A stretch of 64,000 nucleotides of DNA from Bacteroidales bacterium. GTDB taxonomy: Bacteria > Bacteroidota > Bacteroidia > Bacteroidales > BM520. The notes beneath the pieces are model-generated. The model ran no database searches. It saw nothing but the letters and a program-made list of their open reading frames with translations, and was not told the origin of the DNA. Numbering within the stretch: position 1 is the stretch's first letter; every line of letters begins with the position of its first letter. Positions 9,692 through 19,098 of the stretch are shown here, piece after piece. Made by a program: the position numbers and the translations under genes. The stretch spans positions 55,986-119,985 of the forward strand of contig JAQWAE010000004.1 of assembly GCA_028707815.1 (NCBI GenBank). The letters are read 5' to 3'.

Positions 9692-11728
9692 TTAATCCAC
9701 AATCTTGCGTACGGCTTCGAGCAACGGCTCTACCGAAACATCGCTTCCAACAGCATTATTCATCCAGATATTCGGTGTTAATCGTCCGGCAGGGAAAATT
9801 CTTTGAATTTCATCAGCAATATTTTTACCTTCTATCTGCTTTTCTAACTGAAATTGAACTATATGTCCAAACGGATAATTCGGCAAATACAAAGGAATAT
9901 CTATCATGTGAGAATAAACTGCAAGTATCGGCGAATTTTCACTGCCAAGAACAGGAGCATAATACATATTCCATATTTCTTTTGCATTCTTGATTATAGT
10001 TTCTTTAAGTTCTGCAACGCCGGCATCAGGATTTTCGTACAGCCATTTCCATGTTTTCATATCTACAAGAGCCACGCCCATAATTTCATAACAGCCCCAG
10101 AAAATATCCAAAGTCTGCATTGCCTGTTTATCCGGATTATCATCTTTAATTCCAAGTAACTCCAAATCACGAGTTTGAAAAACGAAAGCCAAAGCTTCCG
10201 TAAAAGCTGTATTAGGGACACCATTCATCATATAATTATCCACATCGTTGAGGGTTATTGTCTGTTCGACATTATGTCCGAACTCGTGGACCGCGATATT
10301 ATAACCTTTATAATCCATTCCATCTTCGGCGATTCTGGTACGGAGACGAGCTTTGTCGCCACGCATTTGAGCGCCCCAAGCATGTCCTGCGCCACGCGAA
10401 GGATCAACCTTTATCATAGAACATATCTCCACTGCCCTATCATCGGCGAAGCCGAGTTTACACAAAACTGACGGCAAGCCGTTCTGTACAGCTGCAACAT
10501 CAGGATACAACGCTCTCGTCTGTTCACTAAGATAATCTTCAGAGATATTACTACGCGACTTAAAGCCGTCATACCAAATATCAAAAGGCTCTAAATCTCT
10601 GCCAAGTCGCTCGGAAATCATCTTACCAACCTTCGCAACTTCCGGAGAACTGACAAAATCGGTAAACATTTGCTCTATCTGATTGTATGACACCTCCATC
10701 TGCTGGTCAAACGACCTTTGAACATAAGTAGGGTAAGTAGGACAAAAATCATCAATAGCCTTTTGCGCCAGATATATATTGTACAACTGCTCATAGCGTG
10801 TGTTCGGCTCAGCAACCACATCAACCGGCTTTCCGTCTTTTAACACCTTATTCGACTGCGGATACCATACATATTCGTCATTATTAATAACTTGCTGCGG
10901 AATTGTCTGATATATAATATGTTTCATAATCTCATATATCATCTTTTGTTTTTCTAAGCCGTTATCTTTATTAGCATAATTAGATTTCAGTTCATCGCGT
11001 AAGCCCCAATGAGAAATAAGGTTCATACCATCAGGAAACAATTTTTCGGAATTTTCGTTTCGCAGATTTCCCATCACAATATTGTAATTGGAGATATAAT
11101 TATCGGCATCAGAACTAGCCTTTGCCAACTTCTGACTCAACTCCGCAGGCACTCTCGAAGAAAATACGTCACCCATTCTCGCATAAGCCCACTCCTGACG
11201 AGACCATGTTTTACCCAATGTATTCTTCTCATCAAGATTATAAAACGGGAAATTCAGCATGATGATAAAAGCCACTTTGTCAGCATACATATCATCGGCA
11301 AGATGAGCATAAGGATCCCAAGCTCCAAAAATTTCATCTATCTGGGTAATCTCCTTACCATCAGCAACATGCAACGGCAACTTAAGGTCTACACTTATCT
11401 TGTTGAAATTACCGTACAGCACTTCAAGATTAGTCTGAATTGTTTCAAACAACTGCTGTTTGCTATTTTTATCTCCTTTAAAATTATCTATGCAAAACTG
11501 TTTAAACTCATCTTGAGAACCATCAGAGTTCATCCAAAAATTGGCAACTTGAGTAACACCACGTTTAATCAGTACTTTGTCATAATCAGGATATGCCACA
11601 GCAATCTGCTCAATAGTTGCATCAACTATCTGACTATCTATCACATTCATTTTATTAAGATTTTGAGGGTTATTGCATCCGCAAATCACGATGGCAACAA
11701 CAATAAGGGGTAATATAATCTGTTTCAT
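9692..11728 (-). CDS. Gluzincin metallopeptidase lipoprotein (M3-like HEFGH family)
   Basis: HEFGH motif with a downstream Glu (FTEALAF). Starting at the internal ATG 11728 gives the lipoprotein signal MKQIILPLIVVAIVICGC. The 27-aa extension in the track is judged spurious. Confidence 0.6.
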   Translation of the reverse strand: MKQIILPLIVVAIVICGCNNPQNLNKMNVIDSQIVDATIEQIAVAYPDYDKVLIKRGVTQVANFWMNSDGSQDEFKQFCIDNFKGDKNSKQQLFETIQTNLEVLYGNFNKISVDLKLPLHVADGKEITQIDEIFGAWDPYAHLADDMYADKVAFIIMLNFPFYNLDEKNTLGKTWSRQEWAYARMGDVFSSRVPAELSQKLAKASSDADNYISNYNIVMGNLRNENSEKLFPDGMNLISHWGLRDELKSNYANKDNGLEKQKMIYEIMKHIIYQTIPQQVINNDEYVWYPQSNKVLKDGKPVDVVAEPNTRYEQLYNIYLAQKAIDDFCPTYPTYVQRSFDQQMEVSYNQIEQMFTDFVSSPEVAKVGKMISERLGRDLEPFDIWYDGFKSRSNISEDYLSEQTRALYPDVAAVQNGLPSVLCKLGFADDRAVEICSMIKVDPSRGAGHAWGAQMRGDKARLRTRIAEDGMDYKGYNIAVHEFGHNVEQTITLNDVDNYMMNGVPNTAFTEALAFVFQTRDLELLGIKDDNPDKQAMQTLDIFWGCYEIMGVALVDMKTWKWLYENPDAGVAELKETIIKNAKEIWNMYYAPVLGSENSPILAVYSHMIDIPLYLPNYPFGHIVQFQLEKQIEGKNIADEIQRIFPAGRLTPNIWMNNAVGSDVSVEPLLEAVRKIVD

Positions 11729-11930
11729 ACTTAAAAATTTAACAACGATACAAAGGTAATCAATTTTTATGTAATTTGGTTTTAATGTTAAATAATTCCA
11801 TATTATCAATATCTAAGACTTCATGCAAATATTTAAGATTTGTTTTTGTCTCAGAAGATTTATTAAACGAAGTGTTGCGTTGAGCCGGCGGCATTGCATA
11901 CAATTATGCTGTCCGTCATACGCCCTAAGG

Positions 11931-12929
11931 TTATGACTCGCTGCAATAAAAGTCAGCGGTATTTAGGTTGCCATCAGCAACAAAATTCACATAGTCAAAT
12001 GATTGAAGCAATTGTTTTTTGTTGCTGCTGCAATAGCCTATAGCGTAATTAATTTGTTGAGGGTTTGTATGTATGACAAGTCTCTTTCCTTCAACTTTAA
12101 CATTACTCAGGCGGTCTTTCCAAACATCGGTCATAACAAGTTCTTTAAAAGACACATGAAATGGACCGGCGACAAGATTTTTGCCGGTAAGCAAGCCTTC
12201 TGACGGATGAAGTCCGACCCTGAGAATTATTACTCCATTATCATTAAACAATTGCATTAAATATTTTGACCATTCTACAGCCTCTTCGAGCGAGAGCGGC
12301 TTATACAAGCCTTTATTATACATATCCTCCAAGTCGGTGTCTTTGATGACCAAAGTCGGATAAATTCTTGTATATTTGGCACCCCAATCAATAATTTTCT
12401 GTGCTGTCATCAATGATTTTTCGATAGTATCTCCGGGAAGTCCTATCATCATTTGTAAGCCTAAATCGAAGCCGTTATTTAGTATTATTTTTGAAGATTC
12501 TTGCACAGTATAAGACGTATGTCCACGTCCTGAATTTGATAGTACCTCATCATCAAGAGACTGCGCTCCGAGTTCGATAATTTTAACTTTATATTGTTTC
12601 AGATTATTCAATATTTTCTGATTTATATAATCCGGACGAGTAGAAAGTTGTATTTCATCAACAAGATTATTTTTTGTGTAAGGCAAAGTAATGTCAAGGT
12701 ATTGATTTTGTTCTGCGATGCTCATGCCGGTAAAACTGCCGCCAAAGAATGCTATACGCTTGCCCGCCGATGCAGGTATCGTATTAAGATAATTGTCTAT
12801 TACAGCTTTTACTGATGCGGGACTAATCGAATCTTGTCTATCAGAAATATTTCGCTGATTACAATATAAACATCTGAAAGGGCATGCTTTTTCGGGGATA
12901 AATATTGGTATTGTATAATGTGTTTTCAT
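11931..12929 (-). CDS. Radical SAM protein (ELP3-like core, no acetyltransferase domain)
   Basis: CPFRCLYC (CxxxCxxC) motif near the N-terminus. 332 aa. Confidence 0.75.
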   Translation of the reverse strand: MKTHYTIPIFIPEKACPFRCLYCNQRNISDRQDSISPASVKAVIDNYLNTIPASAGKRIAFFGGSFTGMSIAEQNQYLDITLPYTKNNLVDEIQLSTRPDYINQKILNNLKQYKVKIIELGAQSLDDEVLSNSGRGHTSYTVQESSKIILNNGFDLGLQMMIGLPGDTIEKSLMTAQKIIDWGAKYTRIYPTLVIKDTDLEDMYNKGLYKPLSLEEAVEWSKYLMQLFNDNGVIILRVGLHPSEGLLTGKNLVAGPFHVSFKELVMTDVWKDRLSNVKVEGKRLVIHTNPQQINYAIGYCSSNKKQLLQSFDYVNFVADGNLNTADFYCSES

Positions 12930-13001
12930 ATAAATTGCAGAATAACATAAATGATAAGATAATATTTTTAGCAGAATGTGTTTTTTTTCAAAAAAATGCG
13001 T

Positions 13002-13009
13002 TACATTTG
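13002..13009 (+). promoter_or_regulatory. -7 box TACATTTG for tRNA-Val
   Basis: TACATTTG lies 11 nt upstream of the first tRNA base. Confidence 0.5.
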
Positions 13010-13019
13010 CAACGCGAAA

Positions 13020-13094
13020 GAGATATTAGCTCAGTTGGTTTAGAGCGCTTGCTTGACAGGCAAGAGGTCACTGGTTCGATTCCAGTATATCTCA
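13020..13094 (+). tRNA. tRNA-Val (anticodon GAC)
   Basis: Hand-folded cloverleaf. Acceptor stem GAGATAT/ATATCTC; D-arm GCTC..GAGC; anticodon stem CTTGC/GCAAG with loop TTGACAG; T-arm ACTGG-TTCGATT-CCAGT. No CCA is encoded. Confidence 0.9.
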
Positions 13095-13095
13095 C

Positions 13096-13127
13096 AAAAA
13101 ACGGGTTTTACAAGCCCGTTTTTTTAT
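13096..13127. terminator. Bidirectional hairpin terminator shared by tRNA-Val and the convergent PAS gene
   Basis: The stem aaaaaacggg / cccgtttttt has an A-run on one side and a T-run on the other. It overlaps the stop codon of the minus-strand gene at 13124. Confidence 0.6.
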
Positions 13128-13465
13128 TTAGACTCTCTAACATAATGAGGCACAACATCAGGCAACACCATTGATATTTCAATCAAACCACCAACTTTAT
13201 CTTCTTCAAACCACGCCGTTTGATATATCATTTTTTTCACGCCGTTTTTCTCAATAGTATAGGCATTTGAACCGCCGGTAGTAATCAGTTCTTGTATCTT
13301 TGACCACGCTTTAGGCGGGTGACAATCTTTTAAATTATGCCCTATCAATGACTTACCTTCACGAGAAAAAGTAGAAATCGACTTTTCATTCATATAAATA
13401 ATAAAACCATCTGCATCACAAATAGTAATGGCACAATTAGTATTTTTAATCCAATCTTTTATCAT
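13124..13465 (-). CDS. Single PAS-domain protein
   Basis: 113 aa with a PAS-like pattern (ITICDADGFIIYMNEKS...GKSLIGHNLKDCHP). Confidence 0.65.
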   Translation of the reverse strand: MIKDWIKNTNCAITICDADGFIIYMNEKSISTFSREGKSLIGHNLKDCHPPKAWSKIQELITTGGSNAYTIEKNGVKKMIYQTAWFEEDKVGGLIEISMVLPDVVPHYVRESK

Positions 13466-13534
13466 AATTAAAATTTATATAACATAAAAAAAGCAGCAAC
13501 AATTATATATTGTTGTAAGCCATAGAAATTTGCA

Positions 13535-15133
13535 TTAATTGATTAAAAATCTGCAAGTATAATTAGCATCACAGCCTTTAGCAACGATTATATAACATCC
13601 TGATTTAAGCGAAGATACATCTATTTCACACTCATCAGAATTAACATTATCAATATTAAGCACCATTTCACCTGTTAAAGAGAATACAGAGACTTTTTCG
13701 ACCATAAAATCTGAGGTTATAAACAGTACGCCGGAAGCAGGATTAGGGAACACTTTTACAGAAGGCTCGGCAATTTTGTTGATACCAACATCATCATGAA
13801 AATTTGCTGTAATAGTTCTATTTTCGGTTACGATAAAAGAGAGTAGCGGTTCGATAGACAGTTCCACACCATCTTCAGTCCAATTGACAAAAGAGAATCC
13901 ATCGTTAGCGACAGCTTCCAATACGACTTCCGTACCTTCTTCATATTCGCCGATGCCTGTAACTGTGCCGGCATTTTCCGGAAACACCTCAACAATAACG
14001 ATATAAGTAGCAGGGATAGTTTCAATTTCAATAGTTATATCAACGCCATTATCTTCAGCAACCATTGGATAATTAGAAGAGACAACTCTGATTCTATAAC
14101 CTTCGCCGCTGACAACATCAGCAACATTGATTAAAGCATTTATGGTTCCGCTTTCATCAGTTTGGAGGCTTCCGATTTCGATAGGGTTATCGAAATTACC
14201 GTCAGCATCTGACAGTTGTGCTGTGACGACATTTGCCGGAGCATTAAGATTTTCGGGCGACATGGTACCTATCAAGGTAAAAGGTATGTCTATTTCTATA
14301 CTCTGTTCATCTACAGGAAAGAACAGATACGTCTCGGCAATTTCGCCGGTTTCGAGAGAGGGGTTATAAATCAGCAAGACATCATCGAAAAACATATCCT
14401 CTGTGCCGGAGCCTGTGCCGACAGACATATTGGTAGTAGCCATAAATAAAATATATGCCGGTTCTGTGCAAGGACCTGTAAACACTATAGGTATGGAAAT
14501 ACGTTGCCAATTATAGTCTGTAGAGTTAGCAGTAGTAGTTCTGCTTAGGTTGATTGCCGTTGTTGCAACTACAAGTTCCGGCGTATTTACAGTCATATCT
14601 GCTTTAACACGGAAATCGCCTTCTCCATGTACGAAAGCTCCGATAGCACCTTGCTGAGTTTCATCATTACAACGAAAACTATACCATATAGTCAGCGAAT
14701 CCGGCGACTCCTCTATAGGCGTATTAAAATGCTCATCAGTCAAATCAGAAGTAATATAATTGTCCGGACTGTCTAACGAAGTACCATAAAGACACAACCT
14801 GCCGTTTGTCATCAAGCCATTGACAGAATAAGACATTATAGGTAATGGAAATATCCTGACACTTTTTGAGCCGCTACTTTCCGGACGAACTGCTGTAGAT
14901 TCATCTATCTGCTTGTTTTGTAAAATAATATAAAACAAACCGGAACCGGACATCGACATAAAAGCATGCCAATCAAGAGGTTCATAACTATTAGAATTTG
15001 AAGGCGTATAATTTGCCCATTCTTCAAAACCTCTATTATCATATTGAGAGCCATAATTAGCTTGTGAAAAAGATTGTACACAAACTAAAATAAAGATACT
15101 CAGAAAAAAAATTTTTTGTATAACTGAAGACAT
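13535..15133 (-). CDS. Secreted T9SS cargo protein with an InlB-B-repeat-like domain
   Basis: Signal peptide at the N-terminus. The segment FPENAGTVTGIGEYEEGTEVVLEAVANDGFSFVNWTEDG looks like a Listeria-Bacteroides repeat. The C-terminal type-A sorting domain begins KVFPNPASGVLFI. Confidence 0.7.
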   Translation of the reverse strand: MSSVIQKIFFLSIFILVCVQSFSQANYGSQYDNRGFEEWANYTPSNSNSYEPLDWHAFMSMSGSGLFYIILQNKQIDESTAVRPESSGSKSVRIFPLPIMSYSVNGLMTNGRLCLYGTSLDSPDNYITSDLTDEHFNTPIEESPDSLTIWYSFRCNDETQQGAIGAFVHGEGDFRVKADMTVNTPELVVATTAINLSRTTTANSTDYNWQRISIPIVFTGPCTEPAYILFMATTNMSVGTGSGTEDMFFDDVLLIYNPSLETGEIAETYLFFPVDEQSIEIDIPFTLIGTMSPENLNAPANVVTAQLSDADGNFDNPIEIGSLQTDESGTINALINVADVVSGEGYRIRVVSSNYPMVAEDNGVDITIEIETIPATYIVIVEVFPENAGTVTGIGEYEEGTEVVLEAVANDGFSFVNWTEDGVELSIEPLLSFIVTENRTITANFHDDVGINKIAEPSVKVFPNPASGVLFITSDFMVEKVSVFSLTGEMVLNIDNVNSDECEIDVSSLKSGCYIIVAKGCDANYTCRFLIN

Positions 15134-15196
15134 AGCATATATATTTTATTGATTTATAGAACAAAATTATTTGAGTTGCATCAAATTTACAACTCG

Positions 15197-15204
15197 CAAA
15201 TGTA
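15197..15204 (-). promoter_or_regulatory. -7 box TACATTTG for the T9SS cargo gene
   Basis: The reverse complement of caaatgta, 64 nt upstream of the ATG at 15133. Confidence 0.4.
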
Positions 15205-15298
15205 CTCTAAAATTTTTAAAATTTATTTGATATAAAAATTTTTATGATTATTAATATCATCGAGCTTTCAATAGTATTGCAAAAATACAATATCACGT

Positions 15299-16009
15299 CT
15301 ATTCCATCAACAATTTTTGTTTTAATGTAGAGATGTCTGTGTTCCATGTGCTACCATCAAAATAGGAAGTCGCCGGACTTAATGTCAATTTATAAAAAGC
15401 ATGCTTAGAATAGCATGTTCCAATATAGTAATCGACATAATTATTTGATTTACACCACTCTATAACTTTAAGGATTATCCATTTGCCAAAATCATTAATG
15501 TTGATGTTTAAATCATAAAAAGAAAACCATGTATGAAAAAATCTATTATTTTCTTCCACAACAAATTGATATGCAAGAACTTGGTCTGTATTTTTAAGAA
15601 CTAAAATATTTTTTAAATACGGGCGACTTAAAATATAATTCAATCTTTCTTCTGTCAAAAAATGATTTTTTGCATTTTGAAGGCACCATTTTTTAAAATC
15701 CGCATCAGCAATAACAAGCTGTTTATCAAGCAATTGTATCTTCAAGTCTGCATCGGAGAATATTTTTAACATTTTATTAAAAACATTATATTGCTTATAA
15801 TTCCAAATTTTTCCTGTCAAATCGACTTTAACACTTCGTGCGAGATAATAAATTTCATCTTCGATATTAAAGTCGTTTGTATAAGGCAAAAAACCTTTAG
15901 AATAGATGTCGTTATATGTATCTTCCTGTTCTTTAATACAATACACACAATAAGGGAAATAATATCGGTTATAATCTATTACAGAAAACTCTTTAAAAAT
16001 TAATTTCAT
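15299..16009 (-). CDS. Hypothetical protein, possibly a divergent ATE/Bpt-like aminoacyl-tRNA-protein transferase (GNAT fold)
   Basis: 236 aa with an ATGA start/stop overlap with the upstream gene. The tail YYIGTCYSKHAFYKLTLSP..YFDGSTW loosely resembles the ATE_C core. This is a weak assignment from memory. Confidence 0.35.
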   Translation of the reverse strand: MKLIFKEFSVIDYNRYYFPYCVYCIKEQEDTYNDIYSKGFLPYTNDFNIEDEIYYLARSVKVDLTGKIWNYKQYNVFNKMLKIFSDADLKIQLLDKQLVIADADFKKWCLQNAKNHFLTEERLNYILSRPYLKNILVLKNTDQVLAYQFVVEENNRFFHTWFSFYDLNININDFGKWIILKVIEWCKSNNYVDYYIGTCYSKHAFYKLTLSPATSYFDGSTWNTDISTLKQKLLME

Positions 16010-16689
16010 TTTATTCTCAACGATTTTAGATATTCTTTACGGTCGTCAGTTATTCTAAAACTTTCGACTGCTTTTTGTATAGACTTATTATGCAACCACT
16101 TAGACATAATTTTATTTTCAATGATATAAATACTTGCATCCCATTGCTTAATCAGGGCATAACTAAAATACCATGCAATAGCGATATTGATATAATATTC
16201 ATCGCTTTTAACGCTAAGTACCAAGTCATTAATCTCCGGTTTAAAATTATCATCAAGGAAAAACTGTAACAAAGACACTATACCAAATCTTACGGTATAA
16301 GTATGGTTGCTTTTTATCCATTGCTGTATTTTTTCATACACCAAATCAGGATATTTTTTAAATATTTTAGGGCTGAAGCAGTCACAAGTTGCCCAATTAT
16401 CTATATAAGGCAAAAATTCCTCAACATACTTCATCACCACATTGATATCTTTGCTAATAGAAGAGACTATAGCGGCATGAAGATTATTTTCTTCATAATA
16501 TTGATGTGGTAATTCACTAAGGAACAAGTACTTATCATCATCTTTTGCAAACTCTTTTACAAGCATTTTCATTTGAGGAGATCGCACACCAATCATATTT
16601 TCGATATTTACAGTACGCACAATTTTACAATTAAACTCGCGATAAACAGTATCTTGCATAGAGAATAAGCGGTCAGTAATTTTTTTCAT
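16006..16689 (-). CDS. DNA alkylation repair protein (AlkD-like HEAT-repeat family)
   Basis: 227 aa with the family blocks IDNWATCDCF and HTYTVRFGIV. Confidence 0.8.
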   Translation of the reverse strand: MKKITDRLFSMQDTVYREFNCKIVRTVNIENMIGVRSPQMKMLVKEFAKDDDKYLFLSELPHQYYEENNLHAAIVSSISKDINVVMKYVEEFLPYIDNWATCDCFSPKIFKKYPDLVYEKIQQWIKSNHTYTVRFGIVSLLQFFLDDNFKPEINDLVLSVKSDEYYINIAIAWYFSYALIKQWDASIYIIENKIMSKWLHNKSIQKAVESFRITDDRKEYLKSLRIK

Positions 16690-16732
16690 TTTAATGTTTT
16701 ATTTTAGAGCAGCATTATTACAGATAAACATG

Positions 16733-16740
16733 CAAAATTA
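16733..16740 (-). promoter_or_regulatory. -7 box TAATTTTG for the alkD-like operon
   Basis: The reverse complement of caaaatta, about 44 nt upstream of the ATG at 16689. Confidence 0.45.
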
Positions 16741-16788
16741 CAGCATTTTTTGTAATTGCATAGAAATTCAGTTAGTTTTTAAATAAAG

Positions 16789-16834
16789 GTAGATTCATTG
16801 TAGGTACGCAGGCATCTTTATCAAAAATAAAGTC
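16789..16834 (+). repeat. Diverged copy of the L-module repeat (core GTAGATTCA)
   Basis: gtagattcattgtaggtacgcaggcatctttatcaaaaataaagtc shares the core and the flanking ...aataaag... with the copies at 23270, 28733 (reverse strand) and 53324/53340. Confidence 0.5.
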
Positions 16835-16860
16835 TATTTGTTTGATATTGCTATTTGAAA

Positions 16861-18471
16861 TTAAGGTATCAACAGGTAGACTAACAGCAAGCATATACAA
16901 GTAAGAGCCGCATTAATATTTTTTATTGTCATGCCGGAGTTCAAGATTAATTTAAAGATGATTAAAAAGACGAAACAGAACAGCACAATCATAAAATCTA
17001 TTTTGTTGACCATTGACACGGAATTAGGAATACTTTCCACAGCTTTCACAGCATTGTTCAACAATCTTACGAAGCCGTAGAACAGTTGTCCGGTCACATC
17101 TGCGATCAAAGGCAGCGGTGACAGTATTAACAAACTGACACCCAAATATATAATCACTGAAGCCAATGGAATTACTATTATGTTAGTCAACAGAAAGTAA
17201 TTTGAAAAAGAGCCGAAATAGTATAATAATATTGGCGACAGTAGCAGTTGTACGGCAACGGACACAGAAATTATGCCGATTATTTTAGCAGGCAACCAAG
17301 CATATAGCTTTTTCATTTTAGAAAAGGGTTTAATCATAAAATTATTTATAGGAGTTTGAAAAAGGACAATACCTAAAACAGCGGCGTAAGACAATTGGAA
17401 GCCTATATTAAAAATTATATCGGGGTTAATAAAAATGAGCAGGAGTGCTGAGCCGCACAAAGTATTGATTATATTTGTTTTACGCTTGCAGGCATTTCCT
17501 ATCACGATAAAGCTGAGCATAAATGCGGCTCTACTGACAGAAGGGGAAAAGCCTGTAACGGCGGCGTACATCCACAAAAAACATAAGATAATAACAGGAG
17601 CGCAAAAACCGGTAAACCATTTATTTTTCACCAAAGCGAGTAAATAGCCTAACAGCAGATAGATAGTAGAGACGTGCAAACCTGAAACGCATAGCACATG
17701 TATAGCGCCGGACGAAGAAAAGCTCGCACGTGTTTCATCAGACAGCTCATTGACACCCAACAATATAGCTTTTGCGATTGAACTTTCTATGTCACCGGGT
17801 GCATGTTTTTGAAGCACTGAAGCCAATTTATCGCGCAAAACATAAATCTTAGTCATAATATTATCTGTTTTTGCCGAATCTATTATCATATAATCATCTT
17901 TATTCAGATAAGATATATAGCCGATATTATTATTAAAGCAATATTTTTTATAATTAAAATCGTTGTCGGATTTAGGCGGAGGTATTTTTCTGATTGTTTT
18001 TTTTATTGCCAATATATTTCCCTGTTGAGGAACATATATTGAATCTTCATTATTTTTTTTAAGATAAACAATAACCTTAGGCAACTTTTTAGCTTCTTTA
18101 TCAATCAGACTACATTGCAAGCGGTAATTTTTCTCACGATTTTCGGGTTCAGACACTACCTTCATGATAGCATAGCAATTTTCGTTATACACATCTTGTT
18201 CGTAAGAATAATTAGCGAACAAGGTATTATCGCACAATTGCAGGCATGCGCCGAGCGAAATGCCTGCAATTGCCATTAATAATCCGGTAAGCATGCGTAA
18301 TTTATAAGTAAGTGCATTAGCCAAACGGCATAGTAATACAGTCGTCATCAAAGTTGATGTAACGCAGCACGTTGCTGTTATATCATCGACTATCAAGCTA
18401 TTACATATCGCGTTACCTAATATCACGGTTATCACGAATTTTGGCAAAGCAGGCATCAAGTGTCTATACAT
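16861..18471 (-). CDS. comEC: ComEC/Rec2-family competence membrane protein (no metallo-beta-lactamase domain)
   Basis: 536 aa, polytopic, with the competence-domain block HVLCVSGLHVSTIYLL. Confidence 0.8.
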   Translation of the reverse strand: MYRHLMPALPKFVITVILGNAICNSLIVDDITATCCVTSTLMTTVLLCRLANALTYKLRMLTGLLMAIAGISLGACLQLCDNTLFANYSYEQDVYNENCYAIMKVVSEPENREKNYRLQCSLIDKEAKKLPKVIVYLKKNNEDSIYVPQQGNILAIKKTIRKIPPPKSDNDFNYKKYCFNNNIGYISYLNKDDYMIIDSAKTDNIMTKIYVLRDKLASVLQKHAPGDIESSIAKAILLGVNELSDETRASFSSSGAIHVLCVSGLHVSTIYLLLGYLLALVKNKWFTGFCAPVIILCFLWMYAAVTGFSPSVSRAAFMLSFIVIGNACKRKTNIINTLCGSALLLIFINPDIIFNIGFQLSYAAVLGIVLFQTPINNFMIKPFSKMKKLYAWLPAKIIGIISVSVAVQLLLSPILLYYFGSFSNYFLLTNIIVIPLASVIIYLGVSLLILSPLPLIADVTGQLFYGFVRLLNNAVKAVESIPNSVSMVNKIDFMIVLFCFVFLIIFKLILNSGMTIKNINAALTCICLLLVYLLIP

Positions 18472-18517
18472 ATCTTTTTATTATAGTCGTAAAAATGGAG
18501 AAAACGTTACCATAAAA

Positions 18518-18556
18518 AAGAAAAAAAAAGGCTGCTCTGAAATTCAGAACAGCCTT
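18518..18556 (-). terminator. Rho-independent terminator of the hydrogenase operon
   Basis: Hairpin ggctgctctgaa/ttcagaacagcc (one mismatch) followed on the minus strand by a 9-nt T-run. Confidence 0.65.
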
Positions 18557-18579
18557 AACACGTATTAAAAATCTGACAA

Positions 18580-19065
18580 TTAGTCGTTAAATTCGGCTAA
18601 TATTTCTTTTACTCTATCGGGCGTAACACGACCATAAGTTTTATCTCCTACTATCATAACAGGAGCAAGACCGCAAGCGCCTACGCAGCGGAGGCAGCTA
18701 AGGGAGAAATTACCGTCAGGGGTAGTACCGCCGACTTCAATTTTCAGTTGTTTTTTAGTTTCTTCGAGTATTTTTTCTGCTCCACGAACATAGCAAGCGG
18801 TGCCGAGACATATAGATATTGGGTGTTTACCTTTAGGTTTCATTGTAAAGAAAGAATAGAATGTAACCACGCCATACACTTTAGCTACAGAGATATGAAG
18901 TTCTTCTGCGACTAATTCTTGGACTTCTGCCGGAAGGTATCCGAATAGACCTTGCGCACCATGCAGTACATTTATCAGTTCACCCGGGTCATTATTAAAA
19001 TTTTTACAAATTTGTTTCAACTGTTCTACATCACTATTACGTAGAGTTATTTTAATTGTTGACAT
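18580..19065 (-). CDS. hydC: [FeFe]-hydrogenase NuoE-like [2Fe-2S] subunit (HydC)
   Basis: 161 aa with Cys ligands in CLGTACYVRG and CLRCVGACGLAP. Confidence 0.9.
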   Translation of the reverse strand: MSTIKITLRNSDVEQLKQICKNFNNDPGELINVLHGAQGLFGYLPAEVQELVAEELHISVAKVYGVVTFYSFFTMKPKGKHPISICLGTACYVRGAEKILEETKKQLKIEVGGTTPDGNFSLSCLRCVGACGLAPVMIVGDKTYGRVTPDRVKEILAEFND

Positions 19066-19098
19066 TTCAAGTACATTTAATAGTTATACAAAAAAACA

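Noticed and set aside
11009-11713. A 234-aa plus-strand ORF, and many similar long antisense ORFs (for example 34279-34926, 30883-31443, 43729-44199, 20069-20464, 62307-62756, 29459-29890).
   Set aside because: Each lies entirely opposite a well-supported CDS with clear family motifs. Each has low-complexity or odd composition and no start context or promoter. These are typical shadow ORFs of AT-rich genomes.
9692-11809. N-terminal extensions in the ORF track (also at 41219-41977, 27184-28623, 42231-43337, 54282-55220, 57930-58490, 5318-6328, 40113-40859 and 35058-36563).
   Set aside because: The track opens ORFs at the most upstream ATG/GTG/TTG. Internal ATGs give proper signal peptides, remove long overlaps with upstream genes or clear the promoter boxes, so the shorter forms were annotated.
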